A stretch of DNA of 64,000 nt, from positions 139,239 through 203,238 of the forward strand of contig JAKMXF010000345.1 in the NCBI GenBank assembly GCA_024704765.1, read 5' to 3'. Source of the stretch: Oopsacas minuta (taxonomy: Eukaryota; Animalia; Porifera). Both the position numbers and the translations under genes were made by a program. How positions within the stretch are numbered: the first letter of the stretch is position 1; every line of letters starts with the position of its first letter. Below are positions 47,701-61,400 of this stretch, one piece after another. The notes beneath the pieces were generated by a model. The model did not search any database, had not been told where the DNA came from, and saw only the letters and a program-made list of their open reading frames with translations.

Positions 47701-48686
47701 GCTAGTATCGGCATTCATAGAGTTCCATACATTACTTCTTGTAGCTTTATACTCCCATGAGATTGTTCTATTACTCTGAGGATATGTATCAGTTCTACAG
47801 GCTAGAATTGTAGGTAATATACTACTGTTAGTGATGGCGTCATTGGTGATGGTTTGATATTGCTCATTTTCTCTGATAGCAAATGCACTACCTACGAACA
47901 AAACTAACTTAAGCTAGAGTCCTAATTAGCTAATTCTAGATTAGTTTTGTGTACTTATTAAGTTATTACAGTATTCAAGATCATCGAATGTTCATGACAT
48001 TACTTACCTGGTTTTCTACAAATGCGGTGTATGTCCATACTACTACTACAAGGGGCAGATCTCCATGCACCATAACCATTAATCCCAATACATCCGTCTG
48101 GATCGTTTATTATAGGCACCTTGGTATATGTTAGTGGATTACCATCTTCCCAATTTGATAATTCATTGTAACTCGAATAATTCAATCCAATCCATGCAAG
48201 TGTACCCAATGAATTTCCAGGATAATTCTTTACAAGATTTTGTAACATTTCATCCTCATTTTCTGAATTTATACTTGTTAGATGTCCTCCTCTTGTAATG
48301 CAATTTTGTCTAGAATTCTCCCACGAAAGATCAAGCTCTGAGATATAAATGAAACAACTATTGTTGTAGAATACATCACAATTAGTTCCAAAATCTAATA
48401 TTCATAAGAAAATCCACATTATTATTAGAAACGGGTATCTCTCCCATTTTATTTAACTTATTTACTCAATCCAATATTGTGGTTAGCGGTTCCCAAACTG
48501 GGCCTATGGAGACTGTGATCAGCATGGGGTTCACAGGATCTGTTAATATTGGTATAGCGGGTCTACAGGTGAAAGGTTTGGGAACCCCTGATGATAGAAT
48601 AATCCCTTACCTATACTTAGTGCAGAACATCTTAACACACAAATAATCTCCAAGATAAATACAAAATGAATCTTACTGAAATACAT
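44789..48686 (-). CDS. Receptor-type tyrosine phosphatase R1: signal peptide - C-type lectin - Ig-like - TM - D1 (active) - D2; 5 exons
   Basis: Exons approx. 48686-48611 (MYFSKIHFVFILEIICVLRCSALSI), 48395-48008 (CTLD), ~47895-47561 (Ig: C...W...YRC), ~47297-45141, 44845-44789 (NHFLSCFALVNEYCSTTI*). D1 has WPDQ, HCSAGVGRTG and QMVQT; D2 has HCSDGIGRTG but WND in place of WPD. Confidence 0.88.
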
Positions 48687-49056
48687 TGTCAATGTTGAAA
48701 ATTCTATCTTTTCTCTCTCAAACAATTTCTTCCATAATTTATACTCTCAAACTCGGATAATTTACATAATTATGACTTCAGAATAATCTGTAGGGATTAT
48801 TTTATTGGGAAGTTTAACAGAATAATTCTGCCCAAATATGGGAAATATCCATTAATGATAACTCTATGAGTAATACAATATCTAATGTATATTAAATAAG
48901 GAAAAATTAGAAATTATGTTTATTTATCCACTTTTAATCATACAGAGTTCATTCTATGGAAAAATGCTGTTACAACACTACAATTATATAATACACGTAT
49001 ACATAATTTGTATATAATAATTCTAGTCACAACAACAATTTGTTGTTTTCTGTAAT

Positions 49057-52000
49057 TTAGTCGGAGTATTTGGTCTTGTAGTATTCTTGAAGGATAGAGT
49101 AACAATATGAGTAATGTATCTAGAAATGAGCCAAAATAATATATAAATCATAACCAAATATTGTCTACAATGAGTTAAGGATTATATTAATTTTCCACTT
49201 TTTTGGGAAAAATTATTGTGGAATTTAACGTATGATTAATTATATAAATTAAACGCAAATTCCTGACCAATTTTGTGTGTTTTAGAATAACTGAGATTCC
49301 ACCTAAAGCAACCGTTCCCAACATTATTCTCTCTTAGGACCCCTATACCAATTTTAACACATTTTGTGACCCTCTCATAGACAGCAATATACATTTTAGA
49401 TCATGTGGACCATGGACCCACCTGTCTTAATTTACTCGAAATATTTAAATTTCTTAAATATGTCTGATTTCAATTTGAGAATAATATTATTCATTTGCCA
49501 TTACATATGTGACTAATCCATGGTCCCAATTGCAGCTTTCTACCTATTCACCAGCACTTTTGTGCTCAAGATACAAGCGAAAATGTCTGTTTTTCGTACA
49601 TCATTATATTCTATCCGATTTCTTAACTAACCATTTATACTCAACTCACCAAAGATGGTACACAGTATTTTCTCTCCATTCTCATCCGCTTTACAACTTC
49701 ATTAACATCAACATTCGCATTTCCTTCTATTTCCTCTATTACCTTCAGTACTGTTGCTAACACAGCACTCTTTCGTATACCATCTGAGCAATGTATTACT
49801 ATAGGGGGCCCTGGCTGTTCATTTTTGTGAGCCAAAATTGTTTCAACCAAATTGACTATGCTTTTGATATCGGATTGATCTTCCCAGCCTATTGATGTTA
49901 TCTGTTTGAACGTATTCTCGCGGTTTTCATTGGCATTATGCAGTATTAATGTATGTATTATCGCATTTTCTGATTTTGTAACTGCGCTAGTTTTTACTAC
50001 AAATTGTTCATACTCCCTCACAGAACCTTGTTGCCCCCAGTACGTAACTCCATTCGAAATATTCCACTCAATCTCGCTCAACTCTTTCTTCGTTGTCAAC
50101 ATTACGACAAGGCTAGCTTCCGTTTGGTAGAGCATTTGTAGGAAATCTGGTAGTGTATTTTGCATTGGATGAATTGTGATGATAAATTCGTTGTTGCAAA
50201 TGTATGACGCGTTTATATAATTGTTTTCGGTCATAAGGACAACTCTATTGTAATCGTATGGTACAATGTTTTCTATGGAATTTTTAGGTTTGTTGTTTGG
50301 TTCATTGGCGATGTGTGTTGCTTGGTGATGACGTAATCTTGAACATTCCGAATTGAGAATTTTAAATTGTTTTCGTATTTCTGTTTCTGACATTTGTCCG
50401 AAAGTGGCGGATTTAGAAAGATTTTCTTGAGTTATAACTTGTAAATTTTGGTATGGTGATTCGTTTATGAGCTCTTTGGCTGTATGTTCTACCTCTGCCA
50501 TTGCAACATAGTCATCTGATGGTGTATAATCGGCATCTGTCATTTGATTCATGACGTCAGAAATATTCAAGTATTCTGCTTTATTTGATGGCTGTTCAAT
50601 TTCTGTATCTGTTCGCATTTGTGATTCTTTCTCATATTTTATACGATTTTCCTCCTCATTTATGCGTTTGAAATGAACAGCCCTGTTTCTCCTTTTACAC
50701 AATATTACGATAAATATGCTTATTATGGTCGCTATTGAACATAACAACACGAGTATTAGTATTAAAGTAATCAATCCGCCGAATAATGCTTGACTTCTTT
50801 TAGAATTGAGAAATAGATAAGGAGTTGCATCGTTTGAAGTGGAGGTAAATTCTTTTGTGCTGATACTGGGTGTACCTGTATCAAAAACGAAAAGTGATGG
50901 GTTTTACAAAAGTTCAAATTTTAGCTTTACTTTTGGACCGAATCATTTGTGATTTTTTGTTATAACTGCAAGAGCTAATTATACGAATAGTTCCTTACAG
51001 CTTCTTAGTTCTTATCTCATCAACTGAATTGACGGGAATATCTCGTATTTGGCTTACCTGTAGTGGTTGGTATGAGTACTGTAGTGTATATTTGTTCAGC
51101 TCCACCACTTTTGACATGACATCTATATGATCCATACGCAGTAACTGTCAATTCGCTGATTCCATTTTCCCTAGTATCAGCATTCATAGAGTTCCATACA
51201 TTACTTCCTGTAGCTTTATACTCCCACGAGGCTTTTCTATTACTCTGAGGATATGTATCAGTTCTACAGGCTAGAATTGTAGGTAATATACTACTGATGG
51301 TGGTGGTGGTGTCATTGGTGATAGTTTGATATTGTCCATTCTCTCTGATAGCAAATGCACTACCTACGAACAAAAATACCTTAAGCTAGAGTCCTAATTA
51401 GCTAATTCTAGATTAGTTTTGTGTACATATTAAGCTATTACAGTATTCGAGATCATCGAATGTTCATGACATTCCTTACCTGGTTTTCTACAAATGCGGT
51501 GTCTGTCTATATCACTACTACAGGAGGTGGAAACCCATGTACCATGACCATTAATCGCAATACAACCTTCTTTAGCGTTTATTATAAGCATCTTAGTATA
51601 TGTTAGTGGATTACCATCTTCCCAATTTGATGATTCATTGTAACTCGAATAATTCAATCCAATCCATACAGATGTACCCAATGAATTTTCAGGATAATTC
51701 GCTACAAGATTTTGTAACATTTCATTCTCATTTTCTGAATTTATACTTGTTAGATGTCCTCCTCTTGTAATGCAATTTTGTCTAGAATTCTCCCACGGAA
51801 GATCAAGCTCTGAGATGTAAATGAAACAGCTTTTGTTGTAGAATACATCACAATCAGTTCCAAAATCTAAAAACAAACAAAGATATATACATTGCAAGAA
51901 TTTCAAATTTCTCCAAAATCTAGTAACCTATCACTAATCTAAGTAATCTCTGATAAAGCAAATTGTCCAAGTTTACACACTATAATAGCGATAAACACAA

Positions 52001-52286
52001 ACTTGTTCAATATTAACGAATACAGTGGATGCTGGTTATAACAATTTCATCCGGAGTACAATACATGTTCTTATACCGGAACAATACAATAGTACATGAT
52101 AACAGTTCTAGAGGGAATCCGTTGTTCTTATAACCGGCGCGGCACCCACTGTATAGTTGCTTACATACTGTAATTGTAGTTGTTTGAAGAATACTTAAAT
52201 TATAACATACCAAGAGATTGAGAGGAAATTACATCACAAAATATCCCCAAGACAACAATAAGATTGATTCCATGGCAAAACAACAT
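49057..52286 (-). CDS. Receptor pseudophosphatase R2: signal peptide - C-type lectin - Ig-like - TM - Tyr-motif linker - single D2-like domain; 5 exons
   Basis: Exons approx. 52286-52211 (MLFCHGINLIVVLGIFCDVISSQSL; 76 nt, as in R1), ~51865-51478, ~51370-51058, ~50877-49648, 49119-49057 (IHYSYCYSILQEYYKTKYSD*). The only PTP domain has HCSDGIRKS (P-loop Arg replaced by Lys) and WED. Confidence 0.8.
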
Positions 52287-53434
52287 ATTATAGATTCAGT
52301 AAATATTCCCTTACAACCTTCCAAATTCAATTTATATATAAACACGCTATGTTCAAATTACGGAAATATTATCATAATTCTGATGATTGTAACTCGATAT
52401 ATTATTGCCTACACATTAAAGGCAGCTTTGTATTTCATGTTTGTGATTTAATCTTATTAAATATTTCTTTGATATTTTGACAATAGAATTATACTGGATT
52501 GTTGTGAATATAAAGATGATTAAATCATCGCCAATTTCAACATCTCTATATTTAACCATAATCTTCGAAATTCTTTTCTATTATATTATATAATTTCGTG
52601 TTTTATAACTTAAAATTTGTATTTGTTATTTGTATCTAAATCCATAACGAAGAAGCCATAATAATGCAATATATTTTGGCTTGGATTCTGGACACATTCA
52701 ACGTTTAATTGATAAAACAACTTGATTCTTCAAAGTGAGGTACACTATTTTATTTTGCTTGTTTATTATCTTTGCCAATTCAAATACCACATTTACTCCT
52801 CCCCGTACAATCACCATAATCGCCCGCTCCATTTGGGTGACTGCGTACACAATCATTGCTCTGATAAAACTGACTCGATAGCATTTTAAACTAACATAAT
52901 GACTTTCATATTCAATAATCAGAATCTCATAAATGTAACCTAAGACTCTTCATTATTTCTCTAATGTATAATTGCATGATTATATTGCCACGTTCCAAAA
53001 ATGGAATATTCCCTATGCTATAGGAAAAACATAAATTATGAACCTGTTATCTATTTTCTATAATTGCATTTACTTTTCCATATTTTCTGCTCACGGTAGT
53101 GTGGGCCCTCCTATGCACACTTTTTGGACACTTTGGTGGAAGTCCACCCATATGGTGACACATTAGTAGATTATCATTGTATCATTATGCTCCGCTAACG
53201 TACGTAAATACTAATTGATGATGCAATTATTGAATAATCTTTTCAAGATAATTTTAGTTAACATACAAATTGCTGTGAATTCTTAATCAGCTACTGAAAG
53301 TAGTATTGACTATTATGTATCTCACGCATATGATCTTATACGTTAATGACGTTCAATAGTATTTATCTACCAGTCATAAATGAGTAGTTTGACTACTATA
53401 AATGATAACAACTTAATATAATTAATAAATTCAA

Positions 53435-55165
53435 ATGAGGATCAAGACAATCTTTGCTACGCTTTCCCTACTTGGCTTATCCATTGCAATTTCTCCACAA
53501 TTTTGGTGGGATTTGTCAAATTGTTTATTCATTTTCTTCAATCCGTATACAATTCTTGAGAAACATTTCCCCTACCTAAGAGACGAAGTATTACGTTTAA
53601 ACAGCTCTATATCAAGACTTCCAAGCTGGCGACTGCTATTACTATTCAGTACTGTTGGATATTTGTTGCATGCCCTGTCCATCTTTCTATTTGAAACCAA
53701 ACTAACTTTGAAGGAACGATTTATCCATACTTTCTTTTACTGCGTACGAAATGCACCGTTTATCAAGACGTATATCAAAACGGAAATGGATAAGGCCAAA
53801 ATTCTGGTTGAGGGTTCTTTCGCAAGTGTGAATTGTCCACGGAAGAATCACGCCTTACCTAAGAATGGTCTCTCAAGGGATGAAATACTTACGGAATGTG
53901 AAGCACACGCTAAAATGGGGGACGGTAATTGGAGAAGAGGCCAAGTTTCAGGAGCCGTGTACATTTACAACCCTGATCACAAGCAAGTCCTTGAAGATGT
54001 ATATTCAAAATTCGCTGAGACAAACCCCTTACATCCTGATGTATTTCCTGGTGTACGTAAAATGGATGCAGAAATCGTTTCAATGTGTTTGAACATGTAC
54101 CATGGTTTTAATGGTGAGTGTGGGGCCACGACATCAGGGGGAACTGAGAGCATTTTAATGGCTATGAAAGCGTATCGAGAAATCGGTTACTCAAAAGGCA
54201 TCAAGTATCCTGAAATTATTGTTGCTATTTCAGCTCATTCAGCTTTCATGAAAGCAGCCAATTACTTCGGTATGAGAGCCATCAGAGTGAAAGTGGATAA
54301 GAATTTCGCACTCGATGTCAAAGCGTTTGAAAAGGCGATTAATAGCAATACAGTAGTTCTAGTTGCATCCGCACCCAGTTACCCTCATGGGATAATCGAT
54401 GCTGTGGGAGATGTAGCTAAATTAGGCCTCAAATATAACGTGGGGGTACACGTGGACTGTTGTTTAGGTGGATTCTTAATACCTTTCATGGAGGAAGCTG
54501 GGTATCCTATTCCGATGGTCGATTTCAGAGTGGATGGGGTTACTTCGATATCATGTGATACTCACAAATATGGTTACGGACCAAAAGGCTGTTCAGTGAT
54601 TATGTACAAGGATGACAAGCTTAGAATGAATCAGTATTTCATAGATACAGATTGGTCAGGTGGAATTTATGCTTCTCCTGCAATTGCTGGCAGTAGGAGT
54701 GGTGCAGTTCTTGCTTGTACATGGGCAGCAATGATGCATGTAGGAAGAGAAGGATACGTTGAGAGAACTAGGGAAATTATCGCTGTGAGAGAAGAAACTG
54801 AAAAGCAAGTTCGGAATATACCTGAATTGATTGTCTATGGAAATCCCACTGTTTCTGTACTTGCAATCGGAAGTAAGACCCTTGATATATTCAACATAGC
54901 TGATCTTCTAACTAAAATGGGCTGGCATCTTAATATTCTCCAATTTCCTGGAGCTTTTCATATTTGCTTCACTGCTATGCATATTGGCAAGAACATTCCA
55001 GAACGTTTTATCACTGATCTTAAGAAGTGTGTTGAGGCAGCGCAAGATACAAATGGCAGTTTAAACGGGGCAGGTTCTATATATGGAACCACGATGCAGA
55101 TACCAGATAGATCACTGGTTGGTGAAGTAACCACTACTTACCTGAATTCGCTCTACAAAGTATAA
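53435..55165 (+). CDS. SGPL1: Sphingosine-1-phosphate lyase (PLP-dependent), intronless
   Basis: 576-aa uninterrupted ORF: N-terminal hydrophobic anchor, GQVSGAVY, TNPLHPDVFPGVRKMDAE, TSGGTESILMA, HVDCCLGGF, SISCDTHKYG (PLP Lys), GSRSG. Confidence 0.95.
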   Translation: MRIKTIFATLSLLGLSIAISPQFWWDLSNCLFIFFNPYTILEKHFPYLRDEVLRLNSSISRLPSWRLLLLFSTVGYLLHALSIFLFETKLTLKERFIHTFFYCVRNAPFIKTYIKTEMDKAKILVEGSFASVNCPRKNHALPKNGLSRDEILTECEAHAKMGDGNWRRGQVSGAVYIYNPDHKQVLEDVYSKFAETNPLHPDVFPGVRKMDAEIVSMCLNMYHGFNGECGATTSGGTESILMAMKAYREIGYSKGIKYPEIIVAISAHSAFMKAANYFGMRAIRVKVDKNFALDVKAFEKAINSNTVVLVASAPSYPHGIIDAVGDVAKLGLKYNVGVHVDCCLGGFLIPFMEEAGYPIPMVDFRVDGVTSISCDTHKYGYGPKGCSVIMYKDDKLRMNQYFIDTDWSGGIYASPAIAGSRSGAVLACTWAAMMHVGREGYVERTREIIAVREETEKQVRNIPELIVYGNPTVSVLAIGSKTLDIFNIADLLTKMGWHLNILQFPGAFHICFTAMHIGKNIPERFITDLKKCVEAAQDTNGSLNGAGSIYGTTMQIPDRSLVGEVTTTYLNSLYKV

Positions 55166-55415
55166 ACACATTATAGTAGTACCTGTTTTATCATACACCA
55201 CCCCACCCACCACTAAACATTATTGTATAAGTTATGATATCAAATACAAACAATAATAAATTATTCCATAGTATATCAATGGTCATACATAATCGAGCAG
55301 GTTAGGGAGAACTATGTACATGCTAAAGAGGGTATTGTTCTGGTAATAATCACACATTTATAAACTGTTCATAAAGAACAAATACATATAATACATAATT
55401 CGGAAGTATCTTCGA

Positions 55416-58400
55416 TTAAATTCTTTGGCAGTATTCATTCATCAGCGTATAGCAAGCTAAGAAGTGGTTCTACAAGAATATGATGGTAATCAAAGTTACA
55501 AATATAAAGGGTTGTAGTATACGTACTTAAGTTCGGCCCAAGATTCTTACAAGCTTCAAATTAAATAAGTTTAACGCAGGTTGGTTTACGCACAATTAAG
55601 GTAAGCACCTTATATACTATTTAGTAATTTAACCTTCAGGATATAGTATGTGTATCGCTATTCCATTGGAGTTATAAATTCATGTTACACTTCTATGATA
55701 AATTATTAAAAACTTAAACTTACCAGAGTGGTGACACTATTCATCCTCTCATTCCTCAGTTTCTTCACGATATGAAATATATCAATGAAACCCTTCTCTC
55801 TGCTATTTTTAATTGCCTTATAAACAGTATACAACACCCCACTCATTCCAGCTCCATCTTGACAGTGTATTATGATCGGGGCTAATGGAAACTGTTGATG
55901 AAACTCGAGCATTGCTTGTAGTACAAGTACATTCTTCTTCAAATCAGGTTCTCCCTTATCATTCCAACAATTGGCAATTATTTGAGTGAATATTTTGTTA
56001 GATTCCTCTTCCATATGTTGCAATGATATTTTGTTACGAATATAATGCAATTTCTCACTCTCTTCACAAGTGAGTTTGAATGAGTCGGTTTGGAAAGATT
56101 CGCTGAACTTTGGCCAATAGACAACTCTTTGAGATTTGTTCTGTTCAATCAACTGGAGCTCCCATTTAGAACACAACATTATTACCAAACTAGGTTCCAT
56201 TTGGTAAATGAGTTGATAGAAATCTCGCAAAGTTTCTGCCAGAGGGTGAATTGTAAGAATGATTTCACCATTATCTAGGCTACTAGCGTTTATATAATCT
56301 CCTTCCCAGTATGGTGAGTAGAGAACGACTCTATTACTATCAGATGGTAGAATATCTTTGATTGGATTTTTGCCTGAATTACACTCCTTAATTGCATCTA
56401 CACAAACTGGATCAAACGCCTTTTCGCATTGGTAGTTGAGTTCACTAAATTGTTGAAAAAATACAGATACATATCCAGTATATTCAGATTGCATGTACAG
56501 ATCGAATGTGTCGGCAAATTCTCTGGTTGGGGTGGATGTACTCCCAAGTAATATCTCAAGGACGGATAGATAAATGAATTTATACTGTGCAAATGTTTGG
56601 ACCATTTGAGGACGATGTTCTCTCATTTGATGGACGATACTATATATACTGATGGGTTTCGTCTGGACAATTGCAACGAAAAGATTGTACAGCGTTAAGA
56701 ACGTACCAGAACGACCTACGCCTGCAGAGCAATGCACTAATACAGGTGCTTTTGTTTTGATTAATCCTTCATGAACTTTGGAAACAAACAGCAACAACTC
56801 ATCATAAAGCGTTGGAACATCATGATCAGGCCATGCGGTGAAATGAAAATGTTTTAATTGTTTGATCTTTCCCATCGATTGAACACTCATCATCCTTATG
56901 GTATAGCCAGTCTTCACTTCTTCATTATCGACCATGATTTCATATGGACCGAATATTACTTTCTTACCAATTTTCAATGGGAAATATGCTTCACATTTTC
57001 TTCGTCCTGATTCAACTAAATTTGTTACCATTACAATATTTGCTATGTTATTCTCAATAATCATTTGCCAAAAATCCTGTAGTGTATTTTCCTTTGGTCC
57101 TTGTGCAGCAATGAAACTTTCTTTAACATAGAATCCAGGTATCTTACTTGCATTTACGTAATCCGTATTGATATTTCCACTCTGAGGGGTTAGAATGACC
57201 CGAGATTTATCATATGGATATATTAGCTTGAAACGATTCTTCACTTTGTTTTCCTCAATTGATGCATGTTTACAAGAGTATCTGTGTGTTTTCCCTCCTA
57301 AACTTTCGTATTCTTCAAGAAGTGCGCCTTCTTTTTTCCAAATAGTGTCCATGCGCTGTTTGAATACATCTAATGGTATGGGAGCCATTCTTGGATCTAA
57401 TACTTCTGTAATATCTTCATATGCTATTTCTATACTTTGTTGGTATACATTTTCTTCTGGTTTGGATGTAATTTCTGATTGTGTAAAATTTGTTTCTAAA
57501 GTGCCCTTTTCTTCCATTATACTGTATCCATGATTGGAGACACTTTTCGGATAATCAAAGTTATCTCTACTTTCATTTTCTACATTTGGTGATTTAATAG
57601 GACTACCCCTGGGTTCATTGTTCAAATGTTGTTTTGGATAAGATGAACGTTTTCCTTTTACTATTTTGAATACAAAAAAGATTAGGAGAATAGTGATGAT
57701 AATTATGCACGCTAATATGACGATTAGGATAATTGGAATTGCGATTGTTGCAGGGGATATACTAGATCCTTGTTGCGGGGTAACTCTCAAATACACTAGA
57801 GCTGTGGTATATTCTACCCCTTTTGATGTATTTCTAACCAATGAATAATTTCCTCCATTATCCTCCGATACCATAGGAATAATGTATGTAGGTGATATCA
57901 TATCTCCCAAGTTTGTTTTCCAAATACACACAGGAATATTACAAGTGAATTGGACATTCTTTGTACCCACTGGTACTTCTATTTCTTTTGGTGATGGAAA
58001 TAATTCATTACTAATATCACTTGTGGTAAAGTTGTACCCTTCATAACTGATTGTTACTTCTACTGTATCTGTAAATATAGGATAGATAATTTGATGATAT
58101 AATATGTACTATCAATATACCTTTGATTGCTAGCTGGAGACTTCCCAGTAAGGTGATTGGACTCATTCTATAGAACGAAGTCATTCCGTGTATTCCTGTT
58201 CCCACATTAGTGAATACTGCACTCAACAACACTGGATTTGGGTACTCAATACTGTATTCCTTAGTTTCACCATCATTTACAGAGTCTGTTGTCCAACGTA
58301 TTTTAGTATCTGGAATTTCTGAGTTTGAATAGTAGAGTATATCATTAATAGAACCGACAGTATAGTTCACTTGTAACGAAATGTTAAAGTTGGTTATTTC

Positions 58401-61400
58401 TTCTAGAAAAAAACATGACTGTCAATATGGATCGCATATTATAATAATCGCTGTGTAGAATGCGGAGATATTACTATTTAAATCCCTATTACCTATTCCA
58501 TCAGTTGTTTCAGTAATATTGATCTGTATGGCACAGACTTCTTGCCCATCCCAGTTGGTAATATATAACTTATACACCCCTTTGTTCTGTGATGTGAAAG
58601 TTGAAATTGCTACAGTATTGAATGAATAGCTTCCATCAGGTAGCATCCATCTACCTTCAATGTTATCTGGAATAGAAATGTTCTTGATACCAATAGGAAT
58701 TTCTATATTATTCATGACAGGATAAACTGATGAAAATTTTTCAATAATGAGATCACCATATTGGAGGATTATTTGTGGTACTAGAGGAAATAATGTGAGG
58801 ATAATTGGATAACATATTACTCCAAGTCGTAACACTACCTCTAGAATTAATTTTGTTTTTTGATATTTCATCTCCATCTCTCGAACAATTGATGCTATAG
58901 TAACCGATTGACTTATCACCAATCATTTTGTATATGTTGAATGGATTGGGAAGAGTAACACTACCCTCTACAGACCATAATAACGCAGACAGGCTACCAC
59001 TATCCATGGGATCGCATAGTAGTAATACATTCTGTCTATCTACTCCTACTGTATAGTTGTAGGTAGTTCCTGATATAGCAACTAGATGAGAGATTTGAAT
59101 GATACATGAGTTAGGATAATCAAAGAGCACAAAATTTGCTAACCTGTTGTTAAGGCTGGATCATACAACCCAATCGCATAAGATAATGAATTGATTTGAC
59201 ACTGATAATATCCTTGTTTGGTAATATCAACTGCTAACCAACTTAATCCAGTTTCTGTACTACTATATGTTGCTGTAAGTACTTCACTATCTGATAGATC
59301 TGAGTTTTCTGAAAAATTCCATAAGATATTATTACTCTGTTCTCCTCCACATGCTAAGGTACGTGAAGTGAACAAGAAAGTGTTTGAGTTAAGTAGTTGG
59401 AAGTCAAATCTTTCGTTAATGAGTTCTCCAAATCTACCAACTGAGAGTAGATAGGAATTAGAAATGTGAAAGAATCTTAGAATATATATATTCATATTTA
59501 CAAACCTATTGTTACAGTACTAGTTGAAGCTCTTTTGCATACAAAAGTGTTTATAGTATCCTCACAGTTCACAGTTTCCCAACTAACACCTCCAGTTGTG
59601 TTAATCTCAATACAATCACCATCATTAGATGGGGGATTTGTCCAATTCGCATAGCTAAATGTTGCACCATCAGTCCAGGTATAAGTTCCCTCTTCACTCC
59701 TATCATTCAATCCTATCCAATAATTATTACTCATTATGATAGTGTATAAGTAGTTGTTCTCTCTCTCTGTAGTAATACTAGTCAAGTCACCACCCCATAC
59801 AGCACAACTAGATTGAGCATCTAACCAGTTGATTCTTGTACTTACATCAAATATTCGGTAACATGATCCTTCATAGATGAGATCACATACACTGGGTGTT
59901 GCTATAGGTAAACAAAACACAATTATTGCTCCAATTCTATATACAAACTTTAGATACACGATTTATGGTTACTCTCGGGTACCCAATGTATTCTTATACC
60001 GTACATATTGTTTAAAAGGTCTTATTAGCTTGTATTATGCAGAAAATGTAGAAATATTGTGTTACCTGGTTTTGTGCAGAAGTGACAATCTATTGGAGTA
60101 TTACAAAAAAGATTTATCCATCCATCTGATATAGGGCCAGTACCTCCGGCTTTATATCTGAATCGAACACAATCAAAATTAGCTACATCTCTAGGGTATG
60201 TATATTCTAATGTTCCGAAGTTCCTATATGTGCTTGTGCTGCCATCTACCCACACAAATGCACTACCATTAGTACCAGCATCTACAAGTATATCATTCAG
60301 ACCAATATAGCATCTAAAGTATGTTTGTATATCTGTTATACTATAATATAATAAATCGTCTTTTACTTCTGACGTGATAGTAGCAAGATTTCCTCCCCAT
60401 AAGATACAGCTGAGTTGTGCAGTTAGCCAGTCTATAGAAGGTGAATTGGTGAAATATCCAAATGTTGTTCCACCGAATGTAAATTCTTCTTCTGGATCCA
60501 TAACTAAGATAGATTATGTATTTGTATAAAAAATCGATACATTCTGAGGTAAGTATATTCCACGTGTATATATTCAAGAGCCTTTTCATGTATGTAAATT
60601 TTACGATATAATTCATAGAATGTCTGTTTTAAGAATATTTACCTGTAAGAGCAGGTGATGATGTAATTTTAATCTGCATAGCAATCACCTCTTCTTGATT
60701 CCAGTTGTCATCAGTATAGAATGTGTACATTCCTTCATCAGCTTGCATGAATTCTGAGATAACTAAAGTGGGACTTGTAGTATCCACACCTTCTGGATCA
60801 GTCCATTTTCCCTCTAAGTTGATGGAGAGAGAAACATCTTTTGTTTCTAATGCGATATCAATCAGATTCATTGATGGATATGTTAAGGAGAAGCTTTCAA
60901 CCAGAAACTGACCGTAGTGAACGGACATTTCGGGGACTAAAAGCAACAGTTTGTATATATAAAGATAGCTTTTTTGAAATGATATGTAAATTTACCTGTA
61001 ATTGAAAGATTGATAGTAACAATGGTGGTCCCTTCTCTCATACAGCTAAATGCTGTAGACTCTGTTGGTAATGTAGCACTCTCAGTATTTACGTGAATTG
61101 GGTTATTATACGTACTATCCCACATAACTGTACTCAAACTACCAATCTCAGTAGGATTACACAACAGTAATACAGTGTCTCTGTCCACCCCTACTATATA
61201 TATGTATGTTTGCCCTTCAACCGCAACTAGATAGATAAGTTGGTGTTATCAAGACTGTAAAATATATTCAAATATATCAAAGTAATCTACTTACTTGTTG
61301 TTAAGGATGGATCATACAATCCGATCGTATAAGTTTCTGAATTGGCTTGGCACTGATAATAACCTTGTTTGGTAATATCAACTGCTAACCAACTCCATCC

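Noticed and set aside
51430-51906. TTG-start ORF as the N-terminus of R2 (also non-ATG starts at 7766 and 16258)
   Set aside because: Non-AUG starts are artefacts of the ORF track; a splice acceptor plus upstream signal exon (52286-52211), or nearby ATGs, explain these termini.
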